64,000 bases of DNA from Planctomycetota bacterium (GCA_046350655.1 JAXMAB010000004.1:1005225-1069224), one strand, 5' to 3'; positions 38,601-46,626 are shown, numbered from the stretch's first letter. The notes: generated from the letters alone by a model not told the origin. Program-made: numbers and translations.

Positions 38601-39106
38601 CGGACGCGCGCGAGACGTTCCGCCTCTTCCGCCGCGTCTCGACCGCGCCCACCGCCGAGGTGCTCGCCGACCTCCGCGACGAGCTCGTCGCGCGGTTCGG
38701 CCCGCTGCCCCCCGACACGCAGCGGCTGTTCCTCCACCAGGGCGTGCGCCTCGCGGCGGGGGCGCTCGGGATCGGCCGCGTCGGCGCCGCCGAGGCCGGC
38801 GGGCTCGTCGTCGAGGCGCGGCCGGGCACCGACGCCATCGACCGGCTCGCGGCGCGCGGGGTCCGCATCCGTCGCCTCGCGACGCCCGGGACCGCCTACG
38901 TCCCGCCGCCCGAGGGGCCGCCGGGCCGCACGCTCGTGGCGCTCCTCGAGGCCTCGCTCGTCGCGTTGCTCGCGCGCCTGGGGCCGGATCGGCCGGGGCC
39001 GGGCCCCGGGACCCCGGGCGGTCCCGGCGGGGGACCGCGAGGCCCGGCGGCGGGCGGGGACGGCGCGTCGCGCGGGGCTCCCTCGCGGGTATCTTCGCGA
39101 CGATGA
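35615..39106 (+). CDS. mfd: transcription-repair coupling factor Mfd
   Basis: About 1,163 aa from GTG 35615 within track ORF 33227..39106. N-terminal UvrB-homology region, DEAD/DEAH motor (CGDVGYGKTE.., VVDEEQRFGV, LTLTATPIPRTL, HQLRGRVGR) and TRCF C-terminal domain. Start codon uncertain (no ATG nearby). Confidence 0.85.
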   Translation: MTADRSAAPYPDPAHVAAPVAGLLARKKSVRVGGVHGGAVGLLVAGLRAHAPAILVVTSDARAADAAVLDVATFAHDDALSFPTWPHGAGQGPPDPDVLSARVAVLDAARAAREARSAPASGPRVPGEGPPSPRAGSRASAAAAPGPLAPVFVAPVGALVQDVPSPVVVERAGLVLALGETHAPGSLLEHLALSGYVRVGAVETPGEFAGRGGVVDVFPYGAKAPVRLDFFGDVLESVRVLDPATNRVGAGLASVRLLCLPPERVRDPAADSGPCTILEHLPPDALVVLVEPSVVAGRLAVGKGVAIVGDRVRWKRLDGGLAAARRLDLAALRLGPDGDLDLEVGTLEEVRGIAERAERASAARKGPTRADPQALVAEALRRLTTRADRIVVFRRAPGEEERLKELMPDAPLVFAEGSLSASFLLAKERVAFLAYDDLADLSLRERRPRGIAGASRPLQDFLELEVGEPVVHLHHGIGVFRGLAPLDGGAQAMKLEFAEGTTLFVPVARIDLVQRYVGTGRRPRLSKVGGSEWAAKKAKVEDAVLEFAEGLLEVQAQRTRRAGPPMKPHPHWQDEFERSFPWKDTPDQAATTLALRADLAGPRPMDRLLCGDVGYGKTELALRAAFLVATAGRQVAVLVPTTVLCEQHRRTFEARLASYPVVVRALSRFRTPAEQREIVAGLADGSVDVVVGTHRLLSKDVKFKDLAMVVVDEEQRFGVEHKEKLKALKADVDVLTLTATPIPRTLHMALLGIKDISNLTTPPPGRRPIETKLARFDEALIREAIVRELDRGGQVYYLHNRVYDLPVVVGRVLRLVPDARVTSIHGQMDRDLVEERMLQFVRGDVDVLVSTTIVESGLDIPNANTMVIEDAERYGLAELHQLRGRVGREQRHAHCLLLVDKDRSLSEEAARRLTALEEYSELGAGFRIAMRDLELRGAGNLLGAQQSGHIAAVGYELYCKMLADAVHRVRKDPPRTGDPATVDVDVPCGLPPAYVADARETFRLFRRVSTAPTAEVLADLRDELVARFGPLPPDTQRLFLHQGVRLAAGALGIGRVGAAEAGGLVVEARPGTDAIDRLAARGVRIRRLATPGTAYVPPPEGPPGRTLVALLEASLVALLARLGPDRPGPGPGTPGGPGGGPRGPAAGGDGASRGAPSRVSSRR
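35949..35995. repeat. REP-like palindrome (CACGCGAGGCCCGG tccgcgccggcgag CGGGCCTCGCGTCCCGGG) lying inside the mfd reading frame
   Basis: Encodes ..REARSAPASGPRVPGEG.. within a ~30-aa insertion relative to E. coli Mfd, between the conserved segments corresponding to ..LSTLYQL and PTMQRGVLIVPV... Confidence 0.55.
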
Positions 39107-40287
39107 CCCCGTCCCGCCCGCGTGCGCGCACCCTGCCCGTGCTGATGCTGTCGGCGATCGCGGCGGCGGTCACGCCGACGCTCGCGCCGTCCCCGGCCGT
39201 CGCCGAGGACCTCCCGAGCGGCGCGCCCGCCCCGTCGGGCGGCGACGGCCGCACGCTGGACCAGTGGCTCGCCAACGTCTGCGGCGAGACCGTCACGCGG
39301 CGCATGCTCGTCCGCGAGATCGGGCCGCAGGAGCCGGACGAGCCCGAGGTCGCGTACGAGCGCCGGCTGCGCGACCGCCTCGTGATGCGCACGATCAACG
39401 GCGTGATGGCGTGGAAGGCGAAGCTGTTCGGCCTCGACCCGCGTCCGTCCGTCGTCGACGAGATCGTGCAGAAGGAGGCCGACGAGGCCGTGAAGGCCGC
39501 GCGCGAGCGCGACCCGGGCATCACGTTCGAGGGGCTCCTGCGCAAGCGGGGCCAGAGCCTCGACGAGTTCAAGGCGATCCTCGCCCGCGAGCTGGTCGTG
39601 CAGAACTACCGCGCGATCCTGTTCAACGGCACGCCCGGCAAACGCGCGCAGATCGACGTCGAGCCCGCGCCCGCCGAGTGCCGCCGGCTCTACGACAACC
39701 ACCGCGCCTCGTTCGACCAGGCCGCGGGCGTGCGCGTCGCCACGTTCGCCGCGTCCCCCGAGACCTACCTCGAGGCGTCCGGCGACCGCTACGACGTCGC
39801 GGTCGAGAGCGCGCGCAAGAAGGTCGAGTCGCTGGCCGCGCAGGTCGCGTCCGGTCGCACCCCCGCGGACGTCGCGAAGGCGAACAAGCTCGAGCAGGGC
39901 TCGTGGAGCGCGTCGGCGGCGGACGCGTGGGTCGAGAAGGGCCGCGGCGGCACGTCGCTCGAGGAGGTCGACGCGTGGGCGTTCGACCCCGCGCGTCGCG
40001 TCGGCGAGACGAAGGTCGTGGACGGGCCGCGCGGCATGGTGATCGCCTACGTGATCCTCGCGGTGCGGCCGTCGCGGACGAAGTCCTACGACGAGGCGCT
40101 CCCGGACGTCATGAACCGCATCCGCTCGACGCGCCAGCGGCGGTTCTGGATGCACCACATGCTCGAGGTGATGGCGTCCGCGCCCGTGAAGCCGCCCATG
40201 CTCGTCGAGGAGATCTCGGACCAGCTGCGGACGCAGCTCCAGCGGCTCGACGAGGACCCGATCGACCGCGAGATCCGGCTGCGGTGA
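39103..40287 (+). CDS. SurA-like periplasmic chaperone / peptidyl-prolyl isomerase family protein
   Basis: 394 aa. Signal peptide MTPSRPRARTLPVLMLSAIAAAVTPTLAPSPAVA. SurA N-terminal-domain-like region (LVREIG.., RRLRDRLVMRTINGVM, VQNYRAILFNG). ATG overlaps the mfd stop (ATGA). Confidence 0.65.
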   Translation: MTPSRPRARTLPVLMLSAIAAAVTPTLAPSPAVAEDLPSGAPAPSGGDGRTLDQWLANVCGETVTRRMLVREIGPQEPDEPEVAYERRLRDRLVMRTINGVMAWKAKLFGLDPRPSVVDEIVQKEADEAVKAARERDPGITFEGLLRKRGQSLDEFKAILARELVVQNYRAILFNGTPGKRAQIDVEPAPAECRRLYDNHRASFDQAAGVRVATFAASPETYLEASGDRYDVAVESARKKVESLAAQVASGRTPADVAKANKLEQGSWSASAADAWVEKGRGGTSLEEVDAWAFDPARRVGETKVVDGPRGMVIAYVILAVRPSRTKSYDEALPDVMNRIRSTRQRRFWMHHMLEVMASAPVKPPMLVEEISDQLRTQLQRLDEDPIDREIRLR

Positions 40288-40315
40288 GCGGGCCCGGGGC
40301 GAGCTCGGGCCCGGC

Positions 40316-40356
40316 GGGGACGCGAGGCCCGGCGGCCGACCGGGCCTCGCGTCCCC
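40316..40356. repeat. REP-like palindrome GGGGACGCGAGGCCCGG cggccga CCGGGCCTCGCGTCCCC immediately after the SurA-like gene, preceded by a second hairpin GGGCCCG gggcgagct CGGGCCC (40291-40313)
   Basis: Inverted arms seen directly. Confidence 0.6.
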
Positions 40357-40381
40357 GGGGAGCCCGACCGCGCCCCCGACC

Positions 40382-41419
40382 GTGCTGCGGCCCGTGGCCC
40401 GACGCCGGCGCGGCCCCTTCGACGTCGCGATCCTCGCGGTCGCGGTCGCGCTCGCGCTGGTGCCCGCCGGGGCCTTCGTCGCGCGACTCGCGCGGGGCAC
40501 GCCGGCGACGACGCAGCCGTTCCTGTTCCCTGCGGGCGAGCGGGCGGCGTTCGAGGCGCTGCGGGACCGCGCGGCGAAGGGGCTCCTGTCGCTGCAGCAG
40601 CCCGGCGGCGGGTTCCTGCCGCGCGTCGACGCGGTGGACGTGGATCCGTTGGACCGCGCCGAGGCGACGGCGATGGGCCTCGCGGGCCTCGCGGTCGCGT
40701 CGCGGCTCGGGTCGCGGGTGGCCGGGCTCGAGGACGGGCTCGCGCGCGCGCGGCGGACGCTGACGCAGCTGCAGTCGCAGTCGGGGCAGTTCGGCGTGAG
40801 TCGCCGGCCGCGGCGCGGGGTGGGGGTGAGCGCGGTCGCGTGCGGCGTGATCGGGCTGTGCGTCGTCGGCGATCCGGGGGACGTCACGTACCTCGAAGCG
40901 GCGGGCCGGGCCCTGGTCGCGCAGGCGCAGATGGGGACGCTGCCGAGCGGGTGGGTGCAGGCGGTCGCCGCGCGCGGCCTGGCGCAGCTGGTCGAGAGCG
41001 GGTACGGGGCGTGGCTCGGCGACGACCCGGTGTCCGTGCTGCCGACGCAGCGGATCGAGCTGGCTCGGCGGGTGACGGACAGCCACGTCGCGCAGGCGCT
41101 CGTGCTGCAGATCGAGACGGCGCTCGGGGCGCCGCCCGTGGACCTGCCGAAGGCCGTGCTGCGGAGGATCCTCGACGATCCGCCGACGTGGACGGGGCTC
41201 GAGAGCGACATGGGGTCGTGGGTCCAGCAGGCGTGGCTCGCGGCGCGGCTCCCGGAGGGGCCCGCGTGGTTCGCGAACGCGCTGTCGGAGCTCGCGAAGG
41301 CACCGGGGGAGACCGGGGTGGTCGAGGGCGACTACTACGGGTATCCGGTCGCGCGGACGGCGGGGCTCCTGCTGGTCCTGTGGGAGGGCGGCGGGCGGCG
41401 GCGGATCGGAGCGCCGTAA
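40382..41419 (+). CDS. hypothetical membrane protein with a prenyltransferase/squalene-cyclase-type repeat (QxxxGGF)
   Basis: 345 aa (GTG start). N-terminal TM segment FDVAILAVAVALALVPAGAFVA. Motif LLSLQQPGGGFLP. Otherwise not recognised. Confidence 0.5.
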   Translation: MLRPVARRRRGPFDVAILAVAVALALVPAGAFVARLARGTPATTQPFLFPAGERAAFEALRDRAAKGLLSLQQPGGGFLPRVDAVDVDPLDRAEATAMGLAGLAVASRLGSRVAGLEDGLARARRTLTQLQSQSGQFGVSRRPRRGVGVSAVACGVIGLCVVGDPGDVTYLEAAGRALVAQAQMGTLPSGWVQAVAARGLAQLVESGYGAWLGDDPVSVLPTQRIELARRVTDSHVAQALVLQIETALGAPPVDLPKAVLRRILDDPPTWTGLESDMGSWVQQAWLAARLPEGPAWFANALSELAKAPGETGVVEGDYYGYPVARTAGLLLVLWEGGGRRRIGAP

Positions 41420-41610
41420 GTCCGCCGGGCGACGGGGCTTACAGGCGTCGAACCGCGGGCAGGCTCGTCCGTTTACTCCGGGGAAGCCGGACTCTAGAAT
41501 GCGCCGCTCGGACGGTCCGAAGGCGCATCCTCGGCCGGCCCCCATGTTCTCGGCGACCGGCCTTCCCGGGCGACTTGCCCGGGGGGGAACCGAACGGAGA
41601 CTCTCGACCG

Positions 41611-43221
41611 ATGGCTCGCACCGAACGGATCGAACACCAGCCGCAGTTCCTGGAGCAGGGCGGCGACTTCAACGACCAGCTCTACAAGGCGCTGCGCGCC
41701 AGCCCGTGGTGGATGATCTCCATCGCGTTCCACGTCCTCCTGGGCGTGATCTCGAGCCTGATGACGTCGGACGCCCCGCCGCCGCAGAAGAACCTCCAGA
41801 TGGTGGCGAGCATGAACGCGGCCGAGCCGCCGGCCGTCGAGGAGCCGCCGCCGACGCCGGAGGAGACCGAGCAGATCCACCAGTCGGACGTCGTGGCGAA
41901 GGAGCCGACGGTCAAGGACGCCGAGCTCAGCGACCACAACGAGACCGACAACGACCTCCCGACCGAGGAGTCGCTCGGCGAGAGCGGCATCTCCGACGCC
42001 CCGTTCGAGGGCCCGGCGAACAACGGCCTCATCGGCATCGGCGGCAGCGCCGGCGGCGCCTTCAAGGGCCGCGGCGGTCACCGCAACCTGCGCGCGGGCG
42101 GCGGCGGCAAGAAGGCCGACGACGCGGTCGAGGACGCGCTGAAGTGGCTCGCCGCGCACCAGTCGGCCGACGGCGGCTGGGAGTGCGAGGGCTTCCGCAA
42201 GTGGTGCGACGGCAAGACGATCTCGGGCGAGGGCCCGGACGGCGCCGGCAAGGCCCAGTACGACGTGGGCGTGACGGGCATGGCCCTGCTCGCGTTCCTC
42301 GGCGCGGGCTACACGAACCGCTCGGAGGGCCCGTTCGGCAAGGTGGTCGGCAACGGCCTCAAGTACCTGCGCAACGTGCAGGACGCCGAGGGCTGCTTCG
42401 GCAGCCGTTCGTCCGGTCACTTCGTCTACAACCACGCGATCGCCGCGCTCGCCATGGTCGAGGCGTTCGGCATGACGGGTTCGACGAACTTCAAGAACCC
42501 CGCCCAGAAGGCGCTCGACTTCATCGCGATCTCGCGCAACCCGTACTTCGCCTGGCGCTACGGCATCAAGCCGGGCGACAACGACACCTCGGTGACGGGC
42601 TGGATGATGATGGCGCTCAAGAGCGCGAAGCTCATCAACCAGGCCGACGTCAAGGCCGGCAAGCCCGTCTCGCTGCAGTACGACGAGGAGGCCTTCGAGG
42701 GCATCAAGGCCTGGATCGAGAAGATGACGGACCCGGACTACGGCCGCGTCGGCTACCAGCAGCGCGGCACGGGCCCGGCGCGTCCGACCGAGCTCGTCGA
42801 CAAGTTCCCCGCCGACAAGTCGGAGTCGATGACCGGCGTCGGCATGCTGGCCCGCATCTTCCTCGGTGAGAACCCGAAGACGAGCGACCCGATCAAGAAG
42901 GGCGCCGAGCTCTGCTCGAAGGTCGCCCCGAAGTGGGACCCGAACGACGGCTCGATCGACATGTACTACTGGTACTACGCGACCCTCGCGATGTTCCAGG
43001 TCGGCGGCCCGACGTGGGACGCGTGGCAGAAGGCCATGAAGACGGCCATCATCGACACGCAGCGGAAGGACACCGACTTCTGCATGTACAAGGGTTCGTG
43101 GGACCCGATCGACCCGTGGGGCCCGGACGGCGGCCGCGTCTACTCGACGGCGTGCCTCGCGCTCTGCCTCGAGGTCTGGTACCGCTACGACAAGGTGTTC
43201 GGCGCGGCGGGCGAGAAGTAG
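41611..43221 (+). CDS. membrane-anchored alpha/alpha-toroid protein with prenyltransferase / squalene-hopene-cyclase-type repeats
   Basis: 536 aa from ATG 41611 (M258 of track ORF 40840..43221, with GGAGA upstream). TM segment WWMISIAFHVLLGVISSLM, Pro/Glu-rich linker, then KWLAAHQSADGGWECEG, GMALLAFLGAGYT, LRNVQDAEGCFGS, LDFIAISRNPYFAWRYG: the QxxDGGW/terpenoid-cyclase repeat pattern. Confidence 0.75.
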   Translation: MARTERIEHQPQFLEQGGDFNDQLYKALRASPWWMISIAFHVLLGVISSLMTSDAPPPQKNLQMVASMNAAEPPAVEEPPPTPEETEQIHQSDVVAKEPTVKDAELSDHNETDNDLPTEESLGESGISDAPFEGPANNGLIGIGGSAGGAFKGRGGHRNLRAGGGGKKADDAVEDALKWLAAHQSADGGWECEGFRKWCDGKTISGEGPDGAGKAQYDVGVTGMALLAFLGAGYTNRSEGPFGKVVGNGLKYLRNVQDAEGCFGSRSSGHFVYNHAIAALAMVEAFGMTGSTNFKNPAQKALDFIAISRNPYFAWRYGIKPGDNDTSVTGWMMMALKSAKLINQADVKAGKPVSLQYDEEAFEGIKAWIEKMTDPDYGRVGYQQRGTGPARPTELVDKFPADKSESMTGVGMLARIFLGENPKTSDPIKKGAELCSKVAPKWDPNDGSIDMYYWYYATLAMFQVGGPTWDAWQKAMKTAIIDTQRKDTDFCMYKGSWDPIDPWGPDGGRVYSTACLALCLEVWYRYDKVFGAAGEK

Positions 43222-43255
43222 GCGTCCTCCCGCAACGAACGTCCTGAGTCTCTCC

Positions 43256-43294
43256 GCGCGCCCGCCGGCACCCGCCGGCGGGCGCGCGCATTTC
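43256..43294 (+). terminator. intrinsic terminator after the 41611..43221 gene
   Basis: 13-bp perfect stem GCGCGCCCGCCGG cacccg CCGGCGGGCGCGC followed by cATTTCT. Confidence 0.55.
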
Positions 43295-43321
43295 TACGCG
43301 GGCTGCGCTGCGCCTGCGGGC

Positions 43322-43540
43322 CCGCGGGACGGCGGAACAACGGGGTCGTAGCCCTCCGTTTCGCGGTCGGCGTCCGGGCCTCGCGTCCCCGGGGGATCGG
43401 CCGCGAAGTTGGAACAACGGGGTCGTAGCCCTTTGTTCCACGTCGACGTCGGGCGACGCCGAAACAACGGGGTCGTAGCCCTTCGTTTCGCTGTCGACCG
43501 GGGGGAAGTTGGAACAACGGGGTCGTAGCCCCTTGTTCCA
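43322..43540. repeat. tandem array of four ~30-nt hairpin repeats (GGAACAACGGGGTCGTAGCCC(T/C)TTGTTCCA and GRAACAACGGGGTCGTAGCCCTYCGTTTCG variants alternating), spacers 50/20/20 nt, in a convergent 3-prime intergenic region
   Basis: Repeats at 43331, 43411, 43461 and 43511. Each folds as GGAACAA-C-GGGG tcgtag CCC(C)-TTGTTCC. The first spacer contains a REP-like half site CCGGGCCTCGCGTCCCC. Confidence 0.6.
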
Positions 43541-43542
43541 GA

Positions 43543-44835
43543 TCAGGGGTCCAGGCGCGTGCGGTCGCGGGGGTAGAGGCACGCCTCGCGGACGTTCGCC
43601 AGGCCCGCGAGCTGGGCGGTGAGCCGCTCGAGGCCGATCGCGAGCCCGCCGTGGGGCGGCATGCCGACGTCGAACATGCGGAGGTGGCCCGCGAAGGCCG
43701 CCGGGTCGATGCCGCGGGAGCGGATCGAGGCCTCGAGGTCCGAGCGGAGGTGACGGCGCTTGCCGCCCGTCGTGATCTCGAGCCCCCGATAGAGGAGGTC
43801 GAACGACTCGGCGGCCCCCGCGGTGCCGCGCGGATGCGTGTAGAACGGCCGCGCGGCGATCGGGAACCCGACCACGAAGACCGCCGCGACGCCGTGCTGC
43901 CGCTCGGCGAGCGCGCAGAGCTGCCGCTCGCCCTCGGGGTCGAGGTCGTCCACGAGGTCGGCGCGGCCCGCGTCGCGCCGGAGGCGCCCGAGGCACTCGC
44001 CGAACTCCCAGACCGGCGCGCGCTCGATCGTCGGCGGGGGCGCGACCCCCAGCGGCTTCCAGAGCGCGGCGTGCTCCGCCGCGAGGCCCGCGAACATCTC
44101 GCAGAGCACCTCGCGCTCCAGCTCGATCACGTCCTCGGCGGCGTCCACGAACGCCATCTCGAGGTCGAGGGAGAGGTACTCGGTGAGGTGCCGCGACGTC
44201 GCGTGCGGCTCCGCCCGGTAGACGTGCCCGGTCTCGAACACGCGCTCGAGGCCCGCGGTCCCGTGCTCCTTGAAGAACTGCGGGCTCTGCGCCAGGTAGG
44301 CCACGCGGTCGAAGTAGGTGACCGGGAAGAGGTTGGCGCCGCCCTCCGTGCCCCCGGACACGAGCTTCGACGTCACGATCTCGGTGAACCGCCGCCGACG
44401 GAGCGCGGCCCGGAAGCCCTCGAGGAGGGCCGCCTGCAGGCGGAACACCGCGCCGACGCGCTCGTTGCGCAGCGAGAGGGGGCGGTGCGCGAGGACCGTC
44501 TCCGCGCCCACGGCCGACAGGTCGGCGCTCGCGTGGAACGGGAGGTCCTGCGCCGCCCGGGCGAGCACCTTGGCCTCGAGGATGTCCACCTCGACGCCCC
44601 CGTAGCGGGAGCGCGGGTCGGGGCGCACCTTGCCCCGGAACTCGACCACGTCGTCGAGGGAGAGGGCGAGCGGCGCCAGGGCCGGCGTGGCCGCGACGCA
44701 CTGCATCTGCCCGGAGGCGTCCTGCAGCACCACGAAGGTCGTGTGCGACAGCACGCGGAGCCGGTGGACCCAGCCCGCGAGGACGACCTCGGTGCCGCTA
44801 CGCTGCGCAAGCTCCGCGAGGAAGGTCTTGCGCAC
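43543..44835 (-). CDS. class IIb aminoacyl-tRNA synthetase, archaeal-type (short) AspRS or AsnRS
   Basis: 430 aa, GTG start. N-terminal OB anticodon-binding domain. Class II motif 2 YRAEPHATSRHLTEYLSLDLE, motif 3 GGLAIGLERL. The length fits archaeal-type AspRS better than AsnRS, but sequence alone does not decide. Confidence 0.8.
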   Translation of the reverse strand: MRKTFLAELAQRSGTEVVLAGWVHRLRVLSHTTFVVLQDASGQMQCVAATPALAPLALSLDDVVEFRGKVRPDPRSRYGGVEVDILEAKVLARAAQDLPFHASADLSAVGAETVLAHRPLSLRNERVGAVFRLQAALLEGFRAALRRRRFTEIVTSKLVSGGTEGGANLFPVTYFDRVAYLAQSPQFFKEHGTAGLERVFETGHVYRAEPHATSRHLTEYLSLDLEMAFVDAAEDVIELEREVLCEMFAGLAAEHAALWKPLGVAPPPTIERAPVWEFGECLGRLRRDAGRADLVDDLDPEGERQLCALAERQHGVAAVFVVGFPIAARPFYTHPRGTAGAAESFDLLYRGLEITTGGKRRHLRSDLEASIRSRGIDPAAFAGHLRMFDVGMPPHGGLAIGLERLTAQLAGLANVREACLYPRDRTRLDP

Positions 44836-44911
44836 GATCTGGCCTGCCGACGTAGGACGGGACGCGGATCATGGGGGGGACCTCCTCGCGGAGCGCCGGA
44901 CCTGCGTCCGG

Positions 44912-45187
44912 TTACTTCGCCTTCTTGACCGCCGAGGCGACCGCCTTGGCGAGCTTGCTCTTGTGGTTCGACGCCGTGTTCCGGTGGATCACGTGGCGCT
45001 TCGCGGCCTTGTCGAGCTTCTTGAACGTGTGGGGGAGGAGGGCCTCCGCCTCCTTCGCCTTGCCGGCCGCGAGGAGGGCGCGGAGGTCCTTCTCGGCGGC
45101 GCGCATCGCGCCCTTCGTGGCGAGGTTGGCGACGCGACGGCGCTCGTTCTGGCGGACGCGCTTCTTGGATGAACGGCTGTGGGGCAT
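44912..45187 (-). CDS. rpsT: 30S ribosomal protein S20
   Basis: 91 aa: MPHSRSSKKRVRQNERRRVANLATKGAMRAA...KRHVIHRNTASNHKSKLAK. A CCGGAC ctgc GTCCGG hairpin follows the stop. Confidence 0.9.
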   Translation of the reverse strand: MPHSRSSKKRVRQNERRRVANLATKGAMRAAEKDLRALLAAGKAKEAEALLPHTFKKLDKAAKRHVIHRNTASNHKSKLAKAVASAVKKAK

Positions 45188-45288
45188 CGGGAGAGTCTTT
45201 CCAGGTCAGGTTCGTTCGGGACGCTTGGGAACGGTCAGGGACAAGGGACGGACGACGGGGGCGGCCGGGGCGGGGGATGACCGGGAGG

Positions 45289-46626
45289 TCAGCTCCCCAG
45301 ACCCTCGAGCTTGGCACCCACGTCGCGGTACGAGATGTCCACCTCGTAGATCTTGGTGAACTCGCGGCGCGCGTCCTCCTTCGCGCCGCGCTTCTCGTGG
45401 AGCTCGCCGAGGCGGAAGGTGATCTCCTTCGCGCGGTCGGAGTTGAGCTGGGGGAAGTCCTCCGCGGCCTTGGCGACCTGCTTGACCGCCAGGTCGAGGA
45501 GGTTCTTCTTCTCGAAGCAGTCCGCGAGCCGCATGAGGCTGTCGGTCTTCTTGCGCGGGTCCTGCACGGTCTTCTGGAACTCGCCGATGGCCTCGTCGAG
45601 GCGGTTGGCCATCAGCAGCACGAGGCCCAGGCGGAACCGCTCGCCGAGGTCGGTCGGGTGCTCGCGGACGCGGCGGCCGTACTCGGCCAGCCGCGCCTCG
45701 ACCAGCGCCGTCCGCGCGGCCTGGAACGCCGCGAGGTTCTCGTCGGTCTCGGACACGGCGTAGCGCCGGCGGGCCTCGTCGTACGGGACCTGCAGCTTCT
45801 GCAGCTTCATGTCGCCGATGCGGATCGACAGGTCGTAGTTGCCCGGGTCGGTCTTGAGCACCAGCTCGAGCTGCTCGAGCGCGGCGTCCGTGTTGCCCTG
45901 CTGCTGCAGGACGTCGGCCAGGCGGAGGCGCGTGCGCGCCGCCGTCGCCGGGTTCTTCTCGATGTCGGCGCGCAGGCGCGCGGCCTCGTCGGTCGCGTCC
46001 TGGTCGGTCAGCTGGAGGCGCGTGTCGCGCTCGAGGCGCCCCGCGACCTCCTTGTCCTTGATCAGCTCGCGCGACGACTTCGCGGTCTCGTAGCCGCCCT
46101 GCTTGAGGGCGCCCTCGGCGGCCAGGTTCTTGCGCATCTTCAGCGCTTCCTGGTCCTTCGGGTCGATGCGGGCCGCCTCGCCGTAGGCGTCGGAGGCCTC
46201 CTTGATCTTGCCCTGGCGGTACAACGCCGCCCCGAGCGACTTCCACGCCGTGTTGTCCTCGGGGTCGAGCTTCGCGGCCATCTTGAAGCCGAACTGCGCG
46301 GCGTTCAGGAAGTTGCCCGCCTCGCCGGCCTCGCCGAGCGTCATCCAGGCGTCCTTGTCGTCCGGGTTCTTCGCGAGGTGGCGCGCGGCCGCCGCGATCT
46401 TCTTCTGCGGGTCGCGGACCGACGCGATGCCGAGGCGGCCCATGCCGCCGAACAGCGACTTCCCCTTGCCCTCGCGGCGCTTCTCGGCCGCCTGGTGCAG
46501 CCCCTCGAGCGCCTCGATGTCGTTCGGGTCGAGCTGGATGACCTCGAGGTACATCTCGACGGCGAGGTCGTAGTTCTTCCGCTTGAACGAATCGCGAGCC
46601 TTGGACTTGAGGTCGGCGACGCCCAT
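45289..46626 (-). CDS. tetratricopeptide (TPR) repeat protein
   Basis: 445 aa from M41 of track ORF 45289..46746 (AGGA upstream). Repeated A..YLEV.QLDPND.EAL / W..LG.AL...G...EA...Y..A..IDPKD 34-residue TPR pattern. Confidence 0.75.
   Translation of the reverse strand: MGVADLKSKARDSFKRKNYDLAVEMYLEVIQLDPNDIEALEGLHQAAEKRREGKGKSLFGGMGRLGIASVRDPQKKIAAAARHLAKNPDDKDAWMTLGEAGEAGNFLNAAQFGFKMAAKLDPEDNTAWKSLGAALYRQGKIKEASDAYGEAARIDPKDQEALKMRKNLAAEGALKQGGYETAKSSRELIKDKEVAGRLERDTRLQLTDQDATDEAARLRADIEKNPATAARTRLRLADVLQQQGNTDAALEQLELVLKTDPGNYDLSIRIGDMKLQKLQVPYDEARRRYAVSETDENLAAFQAARTALVEARLAEYGRRVREHPTDLGERFRLGLVLLMANRLDEAIGEFQKTVQDPRKKTDSLMRLADCFEKKNLLDLAVKQVAKAAEDFPQLNSDRAKEITFRLGELHEKRGAKEDARREFTKIYEVDISYRDVGAKLEGLGS

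Noticed and set aside
35534-38737. Upstream 1,068 codons of track ORF 33401..38737 (minus) and ORFs 35641..37428, 37456..37956, 38020..38463 (minus)
   Set aside because: They are antisense to mfd, whose plus-frame translation is an unmistakable Mfd. Only the C-terminal 710 codons (33401..35533), with GTG plus a strong SD and a TM segment, are real.
43322-43540. Calling the 4 x 30-nt repeat array a CRISPR
   Set aside because: Spacers are 20 nt (two of them) and 50 nt (one containing a REP arm), shorter and more irregular than CRISPR spacers. Repeats alternate between two variants like BIMEs. There are no cas genes or leader-like AT-rich sequence in the window. Kept as a structured repeat array instead.
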